Assembly (NCBI GenBank): GCA_963735755.1
Contig: CAVTME010000005.1
Coordinates: 150,973-214,972, forward strand
Origin: an uncultured Bacteroidota bacterium
GTDB taxonomy: Bacteria > Bacteroidota > Bacteroidia > Bacteroidales > GCA-2748055
Direction of reading: 5' to 3'
Length of the DNA: 64,000 bases
The notes below the pieces were generated by a model, which was given only the letters and a program-made list of their open reading frames with translations, was not told where the DNA came from and ran no database searches. The position numbers and the translations under genes are program-made. This document shows positions 51,519 to 63,892 of this stretch, one piece after another (the first letter of the stretch is position 1; the number at the start of each line of letters is the position of its first letter).

Positions 51519-52046
51519 ATGAAAAAGACAATTTGGGTTGCAGCCCTTGTTATTATGGGACTCGGCAGTGTGTCGGCGCAGGAGACAATAAAGTGGTATT
51601 CCATATCAGAGGCGGTTCAACTGGCCAGCCAGGAACCCCGGATCATGGTAATCGATGTCTACACGGATTGGTGCGGTTGGTGCAAGCGTCTTGACGCAAC
51701 CACTTTTGCTGATCCTGAAGTGGCAGCTTTGATGAACAAACATTTCTACCCGGTGAAGCTGGATGCGGAGGGAAAAGATGACATATTGATTGGGGACAAG
51801 GTCTATAAATTTGTTGATAATGGGCGCAGGGGCTACCATGAAGTGGCCGCTGTGGTGACCAACGGTCGCCTGGTTTATCCCACCATTTCTTATTTGAGTG
51901 ACCGTGGAGCGGTGTTGAAAGTGGCACCCGGGTACCAGGATGCTGCATCATTTAAGATTTATCTGGAATACTTTTCAGGTGGAGCCTACAAAGAGCAGGA
52001 TTTTGACGATTACAAAGCTGCCCGGACCCCGGTAGCAGATTTGTAG
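51519..52046 (+). CDS. Exported thioredoxin-fold protein (thioredoxin_7/DUF255-like)
   Basis: Signal peptide and a CxxC motif in the expected context (VIDVYTDWCGWCKRLD). Confidence 0.75.
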   Translation: MKKTIWVAALVIMGLGSVSAQETIKWYSISEAVQLASQEPRIMVIDVYTDWCGWCKRLDATTFADPEVAALMNKHFYPVKLDAEGKDDILIGDKVYKFVDNGRRGYHEVAAVVTNGRLVYPTISYLSDRGAVLKVAPGYQDAASFKIYLEYFSGGAYKEQDFDDYKAARTPVADL

Positions 52047-52706
52047 TTAGCGGTATTTATCCATCATTCTTCCCAGTTCATCCTTTAACTCCTTTCTTAA
52101 ACTTTCCGGTTCAAGGACTTCACCGTCTTTTCCCAGACCAAGGACAAGCGATTTAAATTCATAGGTGGGATGAACCCTGAAACTGAAGACTACCTGGTCT
52201 TCATCCTCCGAATGGATATTCTGGGATTCGTGCCAGGGCTGGGTGATCAGGTACTGGGCCTGGGTTTTCTGAACTGCCAGTTTGATCAGGGGAGGAGCAC
52301 CCGGTGGTGCTATGATTCCAAGGGCATACCTGAAATACTCTCCCGCGCTGAATCCTGGTGCCCTGTATTTCAATCCGGAAACCTCCTTCAGGTCGCGAAT
52401 ACGATCAAGTGAATAGGTGCGCACCTGTCCCTTGAATTCATTCCAGCCTACCAGGTACCATCTGAAGCCATGCTCTTTAAGCAGGTAGGGATGCACCTCG
52501 TTGTAGTAAGGTTTATCCTCATAGAAAGGCAGGTAAGTGATGCGCAGCACCCTTTTGTTTTCGATGGCGCTAATGATGGGTTGCAGGTACTGGGTGCCTT
52601 TAACCTCCGGAGCCTTCCTGAAGTGTATGAATCCTTTGTTGCCGTATTGTTTGTACAATCCAGCGATCATGGATTGAATTTCCAGGTTGTTTTTGGTGTA
52701 TGCCAT
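52047..52706 (-). CDS. WYL-domain protein lacking the usual N-terminal HTH
   Basis: RVLRITYLPFYEDKP..NEVHPYLLKEHGFRWYLVGWNE..GQVRTYSLDRIRDL is a textbook WYL core, followed by a WCX-like C-terminal domain. The protein is only 219 aa, and a divergent gene starts 113 nt upstream. Confidence 0.7.
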   Translation of the reverse strand: MAYTKNNLEIQSMIAGLYKQYGNKGFIHFRKAPEVKGTQYLQPIISAIENKRVLRITYLPFYEDKPYYNEVHPYLLKEHGFRWYLVGWNEFKGQVRTYSLDRIRDLKEVSGLKYRAPGFSAGEYFRYALGIIAPPGAPPLIKLAVQKTQAQYLITQPWHESQNIHSEDEDQVVFSFRVHPTYEFKSLVLGLGKDGEVLEPESLRKELKDELGRMMDKYR

Positions 52707-52819
52707 GCCAGTAATATCCTTGTTTTATTCAAAAGTAGCAAACTCCCGTGATTGGGTCAATTGTTCTAATTATTATTATATTCGACCGTTCTTTTTTCAC
52801 ATCTAAAACCCCAAAACCG

Positions 52820-55800
52820 ATGAAATCAACTGTTTTTTCCGTTGTGCTACTCTGTGTGGCAGTGTCTGTATTTTCCCAGCCCCTCGACATGGAATATGTA
52901 AAGGGTATGGAAGCCAGAAATATAGGGCCTGGAGGTATGAGTGGAAGGGTGACCGCCATTGATGTCCATCCCGAAGATGCTTCCACATTCTACGTGGGCA
53001 CAGCTTCTGGAGGATTGTGGAAGACCACCAATGGAGGAATCAATTTTAAGCCCGTTTTCGACGACCAGGGAGTGTCAAGTGTTGGTGCTGTGGCTGTTGA
53101 TCCAGGTAATCCCGATGTGATCTGGGTTGGTACCGGCGAAGGAAATCCCAGGAACAGCCTGAATGGTGGTTTCGGTATTTATAAAAGTCTGGATGGTGGA
53201 CGAAACTGGACCCTGCTTGGACTTGAGAAGACGCGTCATATCCACAGGATTATTGTACATCCCAACAATCCCGATGTGGTATATGTAGGTGCCATTGGAA
53301 GTCCCTGGGGCCCCCATCCCGAAAGGGGGGTTTATAAGACCACAGATGGCGGAAAGAACTGGAAGCAAATACTTTTTGAAAACGAACTGACCGGTGTGGC
53401 TGAAATGGTCATGGATCCATCCAATCCCGATAAGCTGTTTGTAGCCATGTGGGAGCACCAGCGCTGGCCCTGGTTCTTCAAGTCGGGAGGAGAAGGCTCC
53501 GGACTTCATATGACTGTTGACGGGGGAGCGAACTGGACCAGGCTAACTGACAAAGAGGGGCTTCCCAAAGGTGAGCTTGGAAGGATCGGTCTGGCCATTG
53601 CAGGTGGCAATACAAAGTATGTCTATGCCCTGGTTGAGTCGAAGAAGAATGCCATCTATCGCTCCACCGATGGTGGTTACAGCTGGGAAAAGAGAGGGGA
53701 AAAAAATATTGGAAACAGGCCATTCTACTATGCAGAAATATATGTGGATCCGGCCAATGAGAACAGGGTATACAGTCTCTACAGTCAGGTGAATATTAGC
53801 GAGGACGGTGGGAAATCATTTTCCACCCTCATCGGTTACAACATCCACCTGGACCACCATGCGTGGTGGATCCATCCCACCGATCCCACCTTTATGATTG
53901 ATGGCAATGATGGCGGTCTTGCCATTACCTATGACAGGGGAGAGAACTGGCGCCATGTGACCAATCTGCCCGTTTCACAGTTTTATCACATCAGCGTGGA
54001 TATGGAAACACCTTACAATGTGTATGGTGGTATGCAGGATAATGGTTCCTGGAGAGGACCCGGATATACCTGGAGTGGAGGGGGGATCATTAACACTTAC
54101 TGGGACTTCCTGATGGGTGGCGATGGTTTTGATGTGATCCCGGTTCCGGGGGATCCCACCCATTGTTATGCCATGTCCCAGCAAGGGAATGTGCGCCGAA
54201 TGAATCTGGAAACCGGGGGAGCTGTAGATATCAAACCTGCCAGAACAGGGGAGGAAGAGCTCCGCTTTCACTGGAATGCAGCCATTGCACAGGATCCCTT
54301 TGATGCCTCTGCCATTTACTTTGGCAGTCAGTTTGTTCATAAAAGCCCGGATCGTGGAGATTCATGGAGTATCATCTCTCCTGACCTGACCACCAACGAC
54401 TCCACCAAGCAGAAATTTAATGAAAGCGGTGGACTGACCTACGATGTGACCGGGGCAGAGAACCATACCACCATCCTGACCATCGCTCCCAGTCCTGTAA
54501 AAGAGGGAGTGATCTGGGTGGGAACTGACGATGGCAATGTCCAGGTGACTACCGATGGTGGTTCCAGCTGGTCCAATTGCTCGCCCCGGATCAAGGAGCT
54601 GCCGGCTGGTGCCTGGGTGCCTCAGATTGTGCCCTCCTCCAACAATGAGGGAGAAGCCCATGTGGTAGTAAATAACTACAGGCTGAATGATTATGCACCG
54701 TATCTGTTCCATACAGCAGATTTTGGTAAGAATTGGGAGCGGGTGATTGATGAGACCGACGTTCCGGGCTTTGTGCTTTCCTTTGCCCAGGATCCTGAAG
54801 AGAGCCGTCTCCAGTTTCTGGGAACCGAATACGGTCTCTATGTGACCCTTGATGGAGGTGAGCAGTGGACCAAATGGACCAATGGATTCCCCACTGTGCC
54901 CACCATGGACCTGGTGATTCATCCCCGCGAAAATGACCTGGTGATCGGTACTTTTGGGCGCTCAGCCTTTATCATTGACGACATCAGGCCCCTGAGAGCC
55001 CTTGCAGCCAGTTTTGACGAGATTACCAAAAGCAAGGTCTACGTCGTTGATCCTCCGGAGGCCTACCTGGCCGAAACCCGGAATGCTCCGGGTTATTACT
55101 TTACGGGTGATGCATATTACGAAGGAGACAACAGGGCATCGGGTGCAAGGATCAGCTATTTTGCCAAAGTGGAGGAGAATGAGGGTGAAGGAAAAAAAGA
55201 CAGCGTAAGCATCCAGATTCTTGATCAGGAAATGAATGTCTTACGTACCATGAAGAGCGTGCCGAAAAATGGATTGAACAGGCAGGGTTGGAGATTGGAC
55301 AAAAAGGGTGTCAGGGTCAATTTCAGCGCGACAGCAGGTGGTTCCGGTGGAGGACGTGGAAGACCAGGCGGATCGGGACAGGGAGAGACCGGTGGTGGAG
55401 GTTTTGTGCTACCCGGCCAGTACAATGTGAGGATTGCATTCAAGGGAGATACGGTTCATACAAGCATCCGCGTGGAAGCTGATCCCCGGACAACCTACGA
55501 TATGGAAGGAATGATTGTAAAGGCGGAGAAAACGGATCAGCTTCTGGCGAAATTGAAGGAGCTCAATGCAGGTCTTTCGAAGATCAGGGATTGCAACGAG
55601 CGTTATCAGCTGGTGAATAAGCTGGCAGGGAAAGATAAATCCGAGCCATTGGGAGAGGCATTGGAAAACGTGAAGAAGCACTTGGACAAGCTTTCCGGGC
55701 AATTCTTTACCAATGAAACAGTCCAGGGTATCTACGAGCCTTCCGATGTATTGTCTGTAAAGATGTCGGGTACCTGGTCCATCACCATGTCCAACAAGCC

Positions 55801-55945
55801 ACTGACGGAAAACCAGATGCAGAAACTGGCCCTTTACATGTCAACTGCAGATGAGGCCCTTGAATCCATAGATACGTTTATGGAATCAGAATGGGCTGCA
55901 TTTCGTAAGGTGGTTGAATCGGAGGAAATTTCGCTTTTTAAATAG
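52820..55945 (+). CDS. Large secreted protein with ~10 Asp-box (BNR) repeats, sortilin/VPS10-like tandem beta-propeller
   Basis: Signal peptide (ATG at 52820). Repeated S/T-x-D-x-G-x-x-W motifs: SLDGGRNW, TTDGGKNW, TVDGGANW, STDGGYSW, TYDRGENW, SPDRGDSW, TTDGGSSW, TLDGGEQW and others. Confidence 0.8.
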   Translation: MKSTVFSVVLLCVAVSVFSQPLDMEYVKGMEARNIGPGGMSGRVTAIDVHPEDASTFYVGTASGGLWKTTNGGINFKPVFDDQGVSSVGAVAVDPGNPDVIWVGTGEGNPRNSLNGGFGIYKSLDGGRNWTLLGLEKTRHIHRIIVHPNNPDVVYVGAIGSPWGPHPERGVYKTTDGGKNWKQILFENELTGVAEMVMDPSNPDKLFVAMWEHQRWPWFFKSGGEGSGLHMTVDGGANWTRLTDKEGLPKGELGRIGLAIAGGNTKYVYALVESKKNAIYRSTDGGYSWEKRGEKNIGNRPFYYAEIYVDPANENRVYSLYSQVNISEDGGKSFSTLIGYNIHLDHHAWWIHPTDPTFMIDGNDGGLAITYDRGENWRHVTNLPVSQFYHISVDMETPYNVYGGMQDNGSWRGPGYTWSGGGIINTYWDFLMGGDGFDVIPVPGDPTHCYAMSQQGNVRRMNLETGGAVDIKPARTGEEELRFHWNAAIAQDPFDASAIYFGSQFVHKSPDRGDSWSIISPDLTTNDSTKQKFNESGGLTYDVTGAENHTTILTIAPSPVKEGVIWVGTDDGNVQVTTDGGSSWSNCSPRIKELPAGAWVPQIVPSSNNEGEAHVVVNNYRLNDYAPYLFHTADFGKNWERVIDETDVPGFVLSFAQDPEESRLQFLGTEYGLYVTLDGGEQWTKWTNGFPTVPTMDLVIHPRENDLVIGTFGRSAFIIDDIRPLRALAASFDEITKSKVYVVDPPEAYLAETRNAPGYYFTGDAYYEGDNRASGARISYFAKVEENEGEGKKDSVSIQILDQEMNVLRTMKSVPKNGLNRQGWRLDKKGVRVNFSATAGGSGGGRGRPGGSGQGETGGGGFVLPGQYNVRIAFKGDTVHTSIRVEADPRTTYDMEGMIVKAEKTDQLLAKLKELNAGLSKIRDCNERYQLVNKLAGKDKSEPLGEALENVKKHLDKLSGQFFTNETVQGIYEPSDVLSVKMSGTWSITMSNKPLTENQMQKLALYMSTADEALESIDTFMESEWAAFRKVVESEEISLFK

Positions 55946-56007
55946 TTGTTTAGAGAGCGTACTTCATATTTTATGGTTATCTGTATTTTGCTTAACTTGA
56001 CATTTGA

Positions 56008-56400
56008 ATGGACAAGCAAAAAAGTGGCATAAGCGGAGCTGCTCAAAATCCAGGCCCTTCCAGGGAAGGGAACTGCATCCTGGGTATCAGGAACAGGTCA
56101 GGAAGAAAGCTGAACCTGGTGATCCACGGGACGGAAGTAAATGTGGTACGGGCAATGACCGTCAGGAGGTATAAGCGTTTGAAGCTTGTAAAGGGCACTT
56201 ACGTCGTGGAGGCCTGGTTGTCAGACGGTCGGATAGGGATCAATGCCATCAACATTCCCCACATCAGCATAGAAAAAATCACATCCAGGAAGGACGTCTC
56301 CATCAGGGGCCGGAAGATCGTGGCCGATTTCGTAAATGACCGTGCCAAGCTGGAGATTGACAGGGAACCATCAACAGGTGACCTGGTACAGGATATCTAA
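56008..56400 (+). CDS. Hypothetical basic protein; coding status uncertain
   Basis: A 130-aa ORF that converges on metH and overlaps it by 4 nt. I recognised no motifs. Confidence 0.3.
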   Translation: MDKQKSGISGAAQNPGPSREGNCILGIRNRSGRKLNLVIHGTEVNVVRAMTVRRYKRLKLVKGTYVVEAWLSDGRIGINAINIPHISIEKITSRKDVSIRGRKIVADFVNDRAKLEIDREPSTGDLVQDI

Positions 56401-59400
56401 TAATTAAGATTGGATGCCAGGAGGCTTTCTACCCTCTGCACACTTAATTTTTTACGTTCTGCATAATCTTTCACCTGGTCTTTACCAATTTTCCCAACAA
56501 AGAAATATTTCGATTGGGGATGGGCAAAGACCAATCCGCTCACCGATGCTGCCGGGACCATGGAATAGGTCTCTGTCAGGTTGATTCCATATTTCTCAGC
56601 TTCCAGTAATTCAAAAAGCACCGCTTTCTCCGAGTGTTCGGGACAGGCGGGGTAGCCATGGGCCGGCCTGATCCCGGCGTACTTCTCTTTGAAGAGCTCA
56701 TCCATGCTGAGCGCCTCATCGCTTGCATAGCCCCAGAAGTTTCTTCGGATCTCTTCATGAATCAATTCGGTGAATGCTTCCGCGAGCCTGTCGGTGAGCG
56801 CCTTCAGCATGATGGATGAGTAGTCGTCATGCTGTGCCTCGAACTCCCGGATTTTTTCCTCGATCCCTATGCCGGTAGTAAGTGCAAAAGCCCCAAGATA
56901 ATCGGTGAGCCCCGATTCAAGCGGCGCCACATAGTCTGCCAGGCTCAGGTTGGCCATTCCCTTCTCCTTCTGGGTCTGGTTACGCAGGTTGGTAAACCTG
57001 GAGATCTCCTTTTTACGGGTTTCGTCAGAATAAACCAGCAGGTCATCACCCACTGCATTGGCAGGGTAAATGCCAAAGACTGCATTGGCTGTAAGCCACT
57101 TCTCACTGATAATCCGGTCCAGCATATCCCTGGCATCCTTATAAAGTTTTGTAGCCTCTGTTCCATACTTTGGATCTTCCAAAATATCAGGAAACTTTCC
57201 CCTGAGCTCCCAGGTAACGAAAAAGAACACCCAGTTAATGTATTCGCTGATCTTCTCCATGGGAAAATCCAGAAGTGCATGTACGCCGGGTTTAGCCGGC
57301 TTGATAATGGACCCGGGGGTCCATTTCAGTTTTAGTGCATTTTTCCTGGCGGCTTCCAGACTGAGGTACTTGATGTCCTTTCCTGCACCCGCATAGCTGG
57401 TTCTCAGGGCCTGGTAATCTTTCTTCGCTTCATCGACGAAAGAAGCACGTTGGTCTTTGGAAAGCAGGGCGCTTACTACAGCCACACTCTTTGAGGCATC
57501 CTTCACATGGATGACCGGTCTGCCAAATTTGGGTTCGATCTTTACGGCTGTATGGATCTTGGATGTGGTAGCTCCGCCAATCAACAGATCCTGTGTCATA
57601 TTTCGTCGCTCCATTTCTGCAGCCACAGAGATCATTTCTTCCAGAGAAGGGGTGATCAGTCCCGAAAGACCAACAATATCCACCTGAAGCCGCTGGGCTT
57701 CCTCAAGGATTTTTTCGGTGGGTACCATTACGCCCAGGTCGATGACCTCATAATTGTTACAGGCCAGGACCACCCCCACAATGTTTTTTCCGATGTCGTG
57801 CACATCTCCTTTTACCGTGGCCAGAAGTACTTTTCCGGCTGCGGAACTTCCGCCTGCTTCGGTGCCGGTTTTCTCCTGCTCGATAAAGGGAAGCAGTATG
57901 GCCACAGCCCGCTTCATCACCCGGGCGCTCTTGACCACCTGTGGAAGAAACATCTTGCCGTCTCCGAAAAGATCACCCACTACGTTCATCCCTGCCATCA
58001 GGGGTCCCTCAATTACTTTCAGGCCCAGTCCGATTTTTTTATGCGCTTCCAGAGCATCCTCCTCCACATGGTCTGCGATCCCCTTCACCAGGGCATGCTT
58101 CAGGCGCTCCTCCACTGGCAGATCCCTCCAGGCATCTCTTACAACTTCAGTTTTTACCTCTTCTCCCAGTGTGGCAGCGTATTCAATCAACCTTTCTGTG
58201 GCATCGGCCCTCCTGTTCAATACCAGATCTTCGGTACGTTCAAGCAGTTCAGCGGGGATCTCATCATAGACCTGCAACATGCTGGGATTCACAATCCCCA
58301 TATCGAGACCAGCCTTGATGGCGTGGTAAAGAAATACAGAGTGGATGGCTTCTCTCACCACATTGTTGCCCCGGAACGAAAAGGATAGATTGCTGATGCC
58401 CCCGCTAACCCTGGCATGGGGGAGGTTTTCCTTGATCCAGCGGGCGGTATGAATGAAATCCACGGCATAGTTGTTGTGTTCCTCGATACCGGTGCCGATG
58501 GTCAGTACATTGGGATCAAAAATGATATCATCGGGCGGGTAGTCCAGCTTTTCCCGAAGCAGATTGTAGGCACGTTGGCATATCTCCGTCCTTCGTTCAA
58601 ATGAGTCTGCCTGCCCGCTCTCATCGAAGGCCATGATGATGGCTGCAGCTCCGTAGCTTCTGATTTTTTTCGCCTGCTCAAGGAATATCTCTTCTCCCTC
58701 TTTCAGACTGATGGAGTTGACAACGGCTTTACCCTGGATGCATTTTAATCCGGTCTCTATCACTGAGAATTTGGATGAGTCGATCATCAGCGGTACTTTG
58801 GATATGTCCGGTTCGGCAATCACCAAATTCAGGAAGGTATGCATCTCATGTTCAGCGTCCAGCATGGCATCATCCAGGTTAATGTCGAGGATCTGGGCTC
58901 CATCCTCCACCTGCCTTCTGGCGATCTCCAGGGTCTCATCATATTTCTTCTCCCTGATCAGCCGTGCAAATTTCCGGCTTCCAGCCACATTACATCGTTC
59001 ACCGATATTGATAAAATTGGAGCCTTCGAAAGCGGTAAGGGGTTCCAGTCCGCTTAGTTTTAATCCGGGTGTAGCTGTTATGGGTTCCCTGGCGGCAGCA
59101 TCCTCCAGGAGATTGGAGAAAGCGCCGATGTGTTCCGGTGTTGTACCGCAGCAACCTCCTACAATATTGATAAAGCCAGAATCAAGGAAGTCTTTGATCA
59201 GAACCGACATCTCTTCGGGGGTCTCGTCATATTCTCCAAACTGGTTGGGCAAACCTGCATTGGGGTGAACCGAAACAAAATGAGTCGATTTAGCGGACAG
59301 CTCCTTCAGGTAGGGCCTGATCTCCTTTGCCCCCAGGGAGCAGTTTAGTCCAATGGATAGCAGATCCACATGGTCGAGGGAGTGCATGAAAGCCTCCAGG

Positions 59401-60080
59401 GTTTGCCCTGACAAGGTGCGGCCACTGGCATCGGTGATGGTACCGGAAACCATCACGGGGATGTGAAGCCCTTCTCCTGCAAGGTATTCTTCAATTCCCA
59501 TCAGGGCAGCTTTGGCATTGAGTGTGTCAAATATTGTTTCCACCAGAAGCAAGTCAGCTCCCCCCTCCACAAGTCCCTTCACCTGTTCCCTGTAAGCCAC
59601 TTTCATCTGGTCAAAGGTGATGGCCCGGAATCCAGGGTCATTCACATCAGGTGACATGGAAGCAGTTTTATTGGTGGGCCCAATGGATCCTGCCACGAAC
59701 CTGGGTTTGTCGGGATTTAATGCGCTGTACTTTCTGGCAGCCTCTGCCGCGATACGGGCCGACTGAAAATTGATGTCGTAGACCGCATCCTCGGTATGAT
59801 AATCGGCCTGGGAAATGGATGTTGCATTGAAAGTATTGGTTTCAATAATATCCGATCCGGCTTCCAGGTAGGCTTCGTGTATCTCCCGGATCACATCGGG
59901 CCGTGTAAGAGAAAGTAGGTCGTTGTTTCCTTTCAGGTCACTGGGATGTGACAGGAATCGCTTTCCCCTGTAGTCGGATTCTTCCAGTTGGTAGCGCTGG
60001 ATCATGGTCCCCATGGCACCGTCCAGAAGAAGAACCCGCTGCTTCAGGATCTGTTCTATATTTTTTTTTGATTCGGTCAT
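56397..60080 (-). CDS. metH: Cobalamin-dependent methionine synthase
   Basis: All modules are present: Hcy-binding ([11 protein letters not shown]...GGCCGTTP), pterin-binding, B12-binding ([10 protein letters not shown]), and the AdoMet activation domain ([12 protein letters not shown]). The ATG at 60080 is preferred. Confidence 0.95.
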   Translation of the reverse strand: MTESKKNIEQILKQRVLLLDGAMGTMIQRYQLEESDYRGKRFLSHPSDLKGNNDLLSLTRPDVIREIHEAYLEAGSDIIETNTFNATSISQADYHTEDAVYDINFQSARIAAEAARKYSALNPDKPRFVAGSIGPTNKTASMSPDVNDPGFRAITFDQMKVAYREQVKGLVEGGADLLLVETIFDTLNAKAALMGIEEYLAGEGLHIPVMVSGTITDASGRTLSGQTLEAFMHSLDHVDLLSIGLNCSLGAKEIRPYLKELSAKSTHFVSVHPNAGLPNQFGEYDETPEEMSVLIKDFLDSGFINIVGGCCGTTPEHIGAFSNLLEDAAAREPITATPGLKLSGLEPLTAFEGSNFINIGERCNVAGSRKFARLIREKKYDETLEIARRQVEDGAQILDINLDDAMLDAEHEMHTFLNLVIAEPDISKVPLMIDSSKFSVIETGLKCIQGKAVVNSISLKEGEEIFLEQAKKIRSYGAAAIIMAFDESGQADSFERRTEICQRAYNLLREKLDYPPDDIIFDPNVLTIGTGIEEHNNYAVDFIHTARWIKENLPHARVSGGISNLSFSFRGNNVVREAIHSVFLYHAIKAGLDMGIVNPSMLQVYDEIPAELLERTEDLVLNRRADATERLIEYAATLGEEVKTEVVRDAWRDLPVEERLKHALVKGIADHVEEDALEAHKKIGLGLKVIEGPLMAGMNVVGDLFGDGKMFLPQVVKSARVMKRAVAILLPFIEQEKTGTEAGGSSAAGKVLLATVKGDVHDIGKNIVGVVLACNNYEVIDLGVMVPTEKILEEAQRLQVDIVGLSGLITPSLEEMISVAAEMERRNMTQDLLIGGATTSKIHTAVKIEPKFGRPVIHVKDASKSVAVVSALLSKDQRASFVDEAKKDYQALRTSYAGAGKDIKYLSLEAARKNALKLKWTPGSIIKPAKPGVHALLDFPMEKISEYINWVFFFVTWELRGKFPDILEDPKYGTEATKLYKDARDMLDRIISEKWLTANAVFGIYPANAVGDDLLVYSDETRKKEISRFTNLRNQTQKEKGMANLSLADYVAPLESGLTDYLGAFALTTGIGIEEKIREFEAQHDDYSSIMLKALTDRLAEAFTELIHEEIRRNFWGYASDEALSMDELFKEKYAGIRPAHGYPACPEHSEKAVLFELLEAEKYGINLTETYSMVPAASVSGLVFAHPQSKYFFVGKIGKDQVKDYAERKKLSVQRVESLLASNLNY

Positions 60081-60149
60081 TTGTTGTATATGATAGATCT
60101 CCAAAGATAATCAACTTGGGATCAGTTTCCCATTCAATTGATTCTCGAA

Positions 60150-62598
<2,449 letters not shown>

Positions 62599-62655
62599 AG
62601 AATGTGTTGTGTTGGGGATACGAAACTTCTATGCCGGCCAGAAGGCCAGACACCC

Positions 62656-62766
62656 TTACCGAAGTTCCGGCCAGGGCATGGACATAGGCAACATGGGCAT
62701 AATGAAGTTCCTGAACAATACAGGATCGTATGCCTGTTCCCAGTTACTGATGGTCATTTTTTTCAT
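62656..62766 (-). CDS. Candidate 36-codon Met-rich leader peptide (MKKMTISNWEQAYDPVLFRNFIMPMLPMSMPWPELR)
   Basis: ATG at 62766 in an A-rich context and TAA at 62656-62658. Six of the 36 codons are AUG, four of them within eight codons. It lies between the SAM-I aptamer and metY. It is too short for the ORF track; I translated it by hand. Confidence 0.3.
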   Translation of the reverse strand: MKKMTISNWEQAYDPVLFRNFIMPMLPMSMPWPELR

Positions 62767-62778
62767 TGCTTCTATTCG

Positions 62779-62873
62779 TTATTATCTCCCTTTCGGGTTA
62801 GGTTTTGGCACCTTCGCCTTGTGGCGGGTTGCCAGGGGATCTTTGAGCCTAATCTCTTACCCCTTCTCAATAA
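62779..62873 (-). promoter_or_regulatory. SAM-I (S-box) riboswitch aptamer
   Basis: Minus-strand RNA: UUAUUGAGAAGGGGUAAGAGAUUAGGCUCAAAGAUCCCCUGGCAACCCGCCACAAGGCGAAGGUGCCAAAACCUAACCCGAAAGGGAGAUAAUAA. It has the P1 pairing (UUAUU/AAUAA), the GGGG...CCCC P2, and the conserved GGCAACC, GGUGCCAA and AGAUAA elements, upstream of Met biosynthesis genes. Confidence 0.85.
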
Positions 62874-62905
62874 CATATCACGGCGATGCGTGACTATTGA
62901 TGAAT

Positions 62906-62913
62906 CAAATATA
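62906..62913 (-). promoter_or_regulatory. Candidate -7 box (TATATTTG) for the met-operon leader
   Basis: It matches TAnnTTTG on the minus strand, about 33 nt upstream of the 5' strand of aptamer P1. Confidence 0.35.
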
Positions 62914-63022
62914 TGATACAGAATAGCTATATGCAAATTCTATATAAGATTAACTTGTCTTTTATTTAGAATGGACATGTGTAATATTCAGAAATACAGA
63001 GGTATAGATACTTCGGGTATTT

Positions 63023-63892
63023 TTAGAAGCTGTAGGTTAATCCCAACCCGAACATCTCTTTGAACTGTACCCTGGTTTCATCCAGGTCAGGTCCGAACTT
63101 GATATCATAGTCGTAAATAAGCTGGGTCATCAGGGTAGCCGAAATAAAATCATTCACCTTGAATGTGAGAAGCAAATCCCAATTTATATCCACATATTGG
63201 GGATTATCCAGGTAATTGGAGAACAGATCGATTTTGGTGTCAAGAAGGACATTCTTCAGGATCTCCTTTTTGTAGGCGAATTTTACATAAACTCCAAATT
63301 CTCCCCGAATGTTTTGGTCAGCGCCCAACCCATATGATTCACCAGAGATACTTTCATCCAGGACAAAAGTAATTTTCCCTGAAACGGGGGCGATAAGTAG
63401 TGAAAGGCCTTCGACAGGCTTATAGTCCATACCTAAGGATAGATTCAGGTAAGCGGGAGCCATAAAATTTGAAATTTTCAGGCGATCTGCTTCTCCAGGG
63501 TTGTCATACCCTTCGGCAAACTGGGTCTTGAAACTGATCAAGCCACTGTAGGACCAGTGCTTGGAAGCCTTATACCCTACTTTTGAGGAGATGTTAATCT
63601 GGTCATCACTCTTCCTGGAGGGATCATCACCCTGTTTGAGCAAGCCAAAGCCGAGTGTAAGGTCGTTGTCCCAGCTGAGTGTGTCATTGTCATAGTCGGG
63701 AGAAAGTTTAAACAGGGCATTTCCGGAGAGGCTGTTTTCTCCCCCTGCAGCCCAGTTTGTAATAGAAAGTTGAGAAACATTCAGCGATGCAACTCCCGTT
63801 ACTTTCCAAAGGGTATCTGCGTCTGTGGGGTCCTGAGCAAAAATGGATCCGGAGAGCAGGATGGCAAATAGGGTCAGGCTATACTTTTTCAT
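63023..63892 (-). CDS. DUF3078-family outer-membrane beta-barrel protein
   Basis: Signal peptide, then LNVSQLSITNWAAGGENS as I remember for DUF3078. It has alternating beta-strand periodicity and a C-terminal GLGLTYSF beta-signal. Confidence 0.6.
   Translation of the reverse strand: MKKYSLTLFAILLSGSIFAQDPTDADTLWKVTGVASLNVSQLSITNWAAGGENSLSGNALFKLSPDYDNDTLSWDNDLTLGFGLLKQGDDPSRKSDDQINISSKVGYKASKHWSYSGLISFKTQFAEGYDNPGEADRLKISNFMAPAYLNLSLGMDYKPVEGLSLLIAPVSGKITFVLDESISGESYGLGADQNIRGEFGVYVKFAYKKEILKNVLLDTKIDLFSNYLDNPQYVDINWDLLLTFKVNDFISATLMTQLIYDYDIKFGPDLDETRVQFKEMFGLGLTYSF

Noticed and set aside
57507-58388. 293-aa plus-strand ORF, with several other 60-185-aa plus-strand ORFs between 56.6 and 59.7 kb
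   Set aside because: All lie antisense inside metH, whose full multi-domain homology is unambiguous. They are shadow ORFs.
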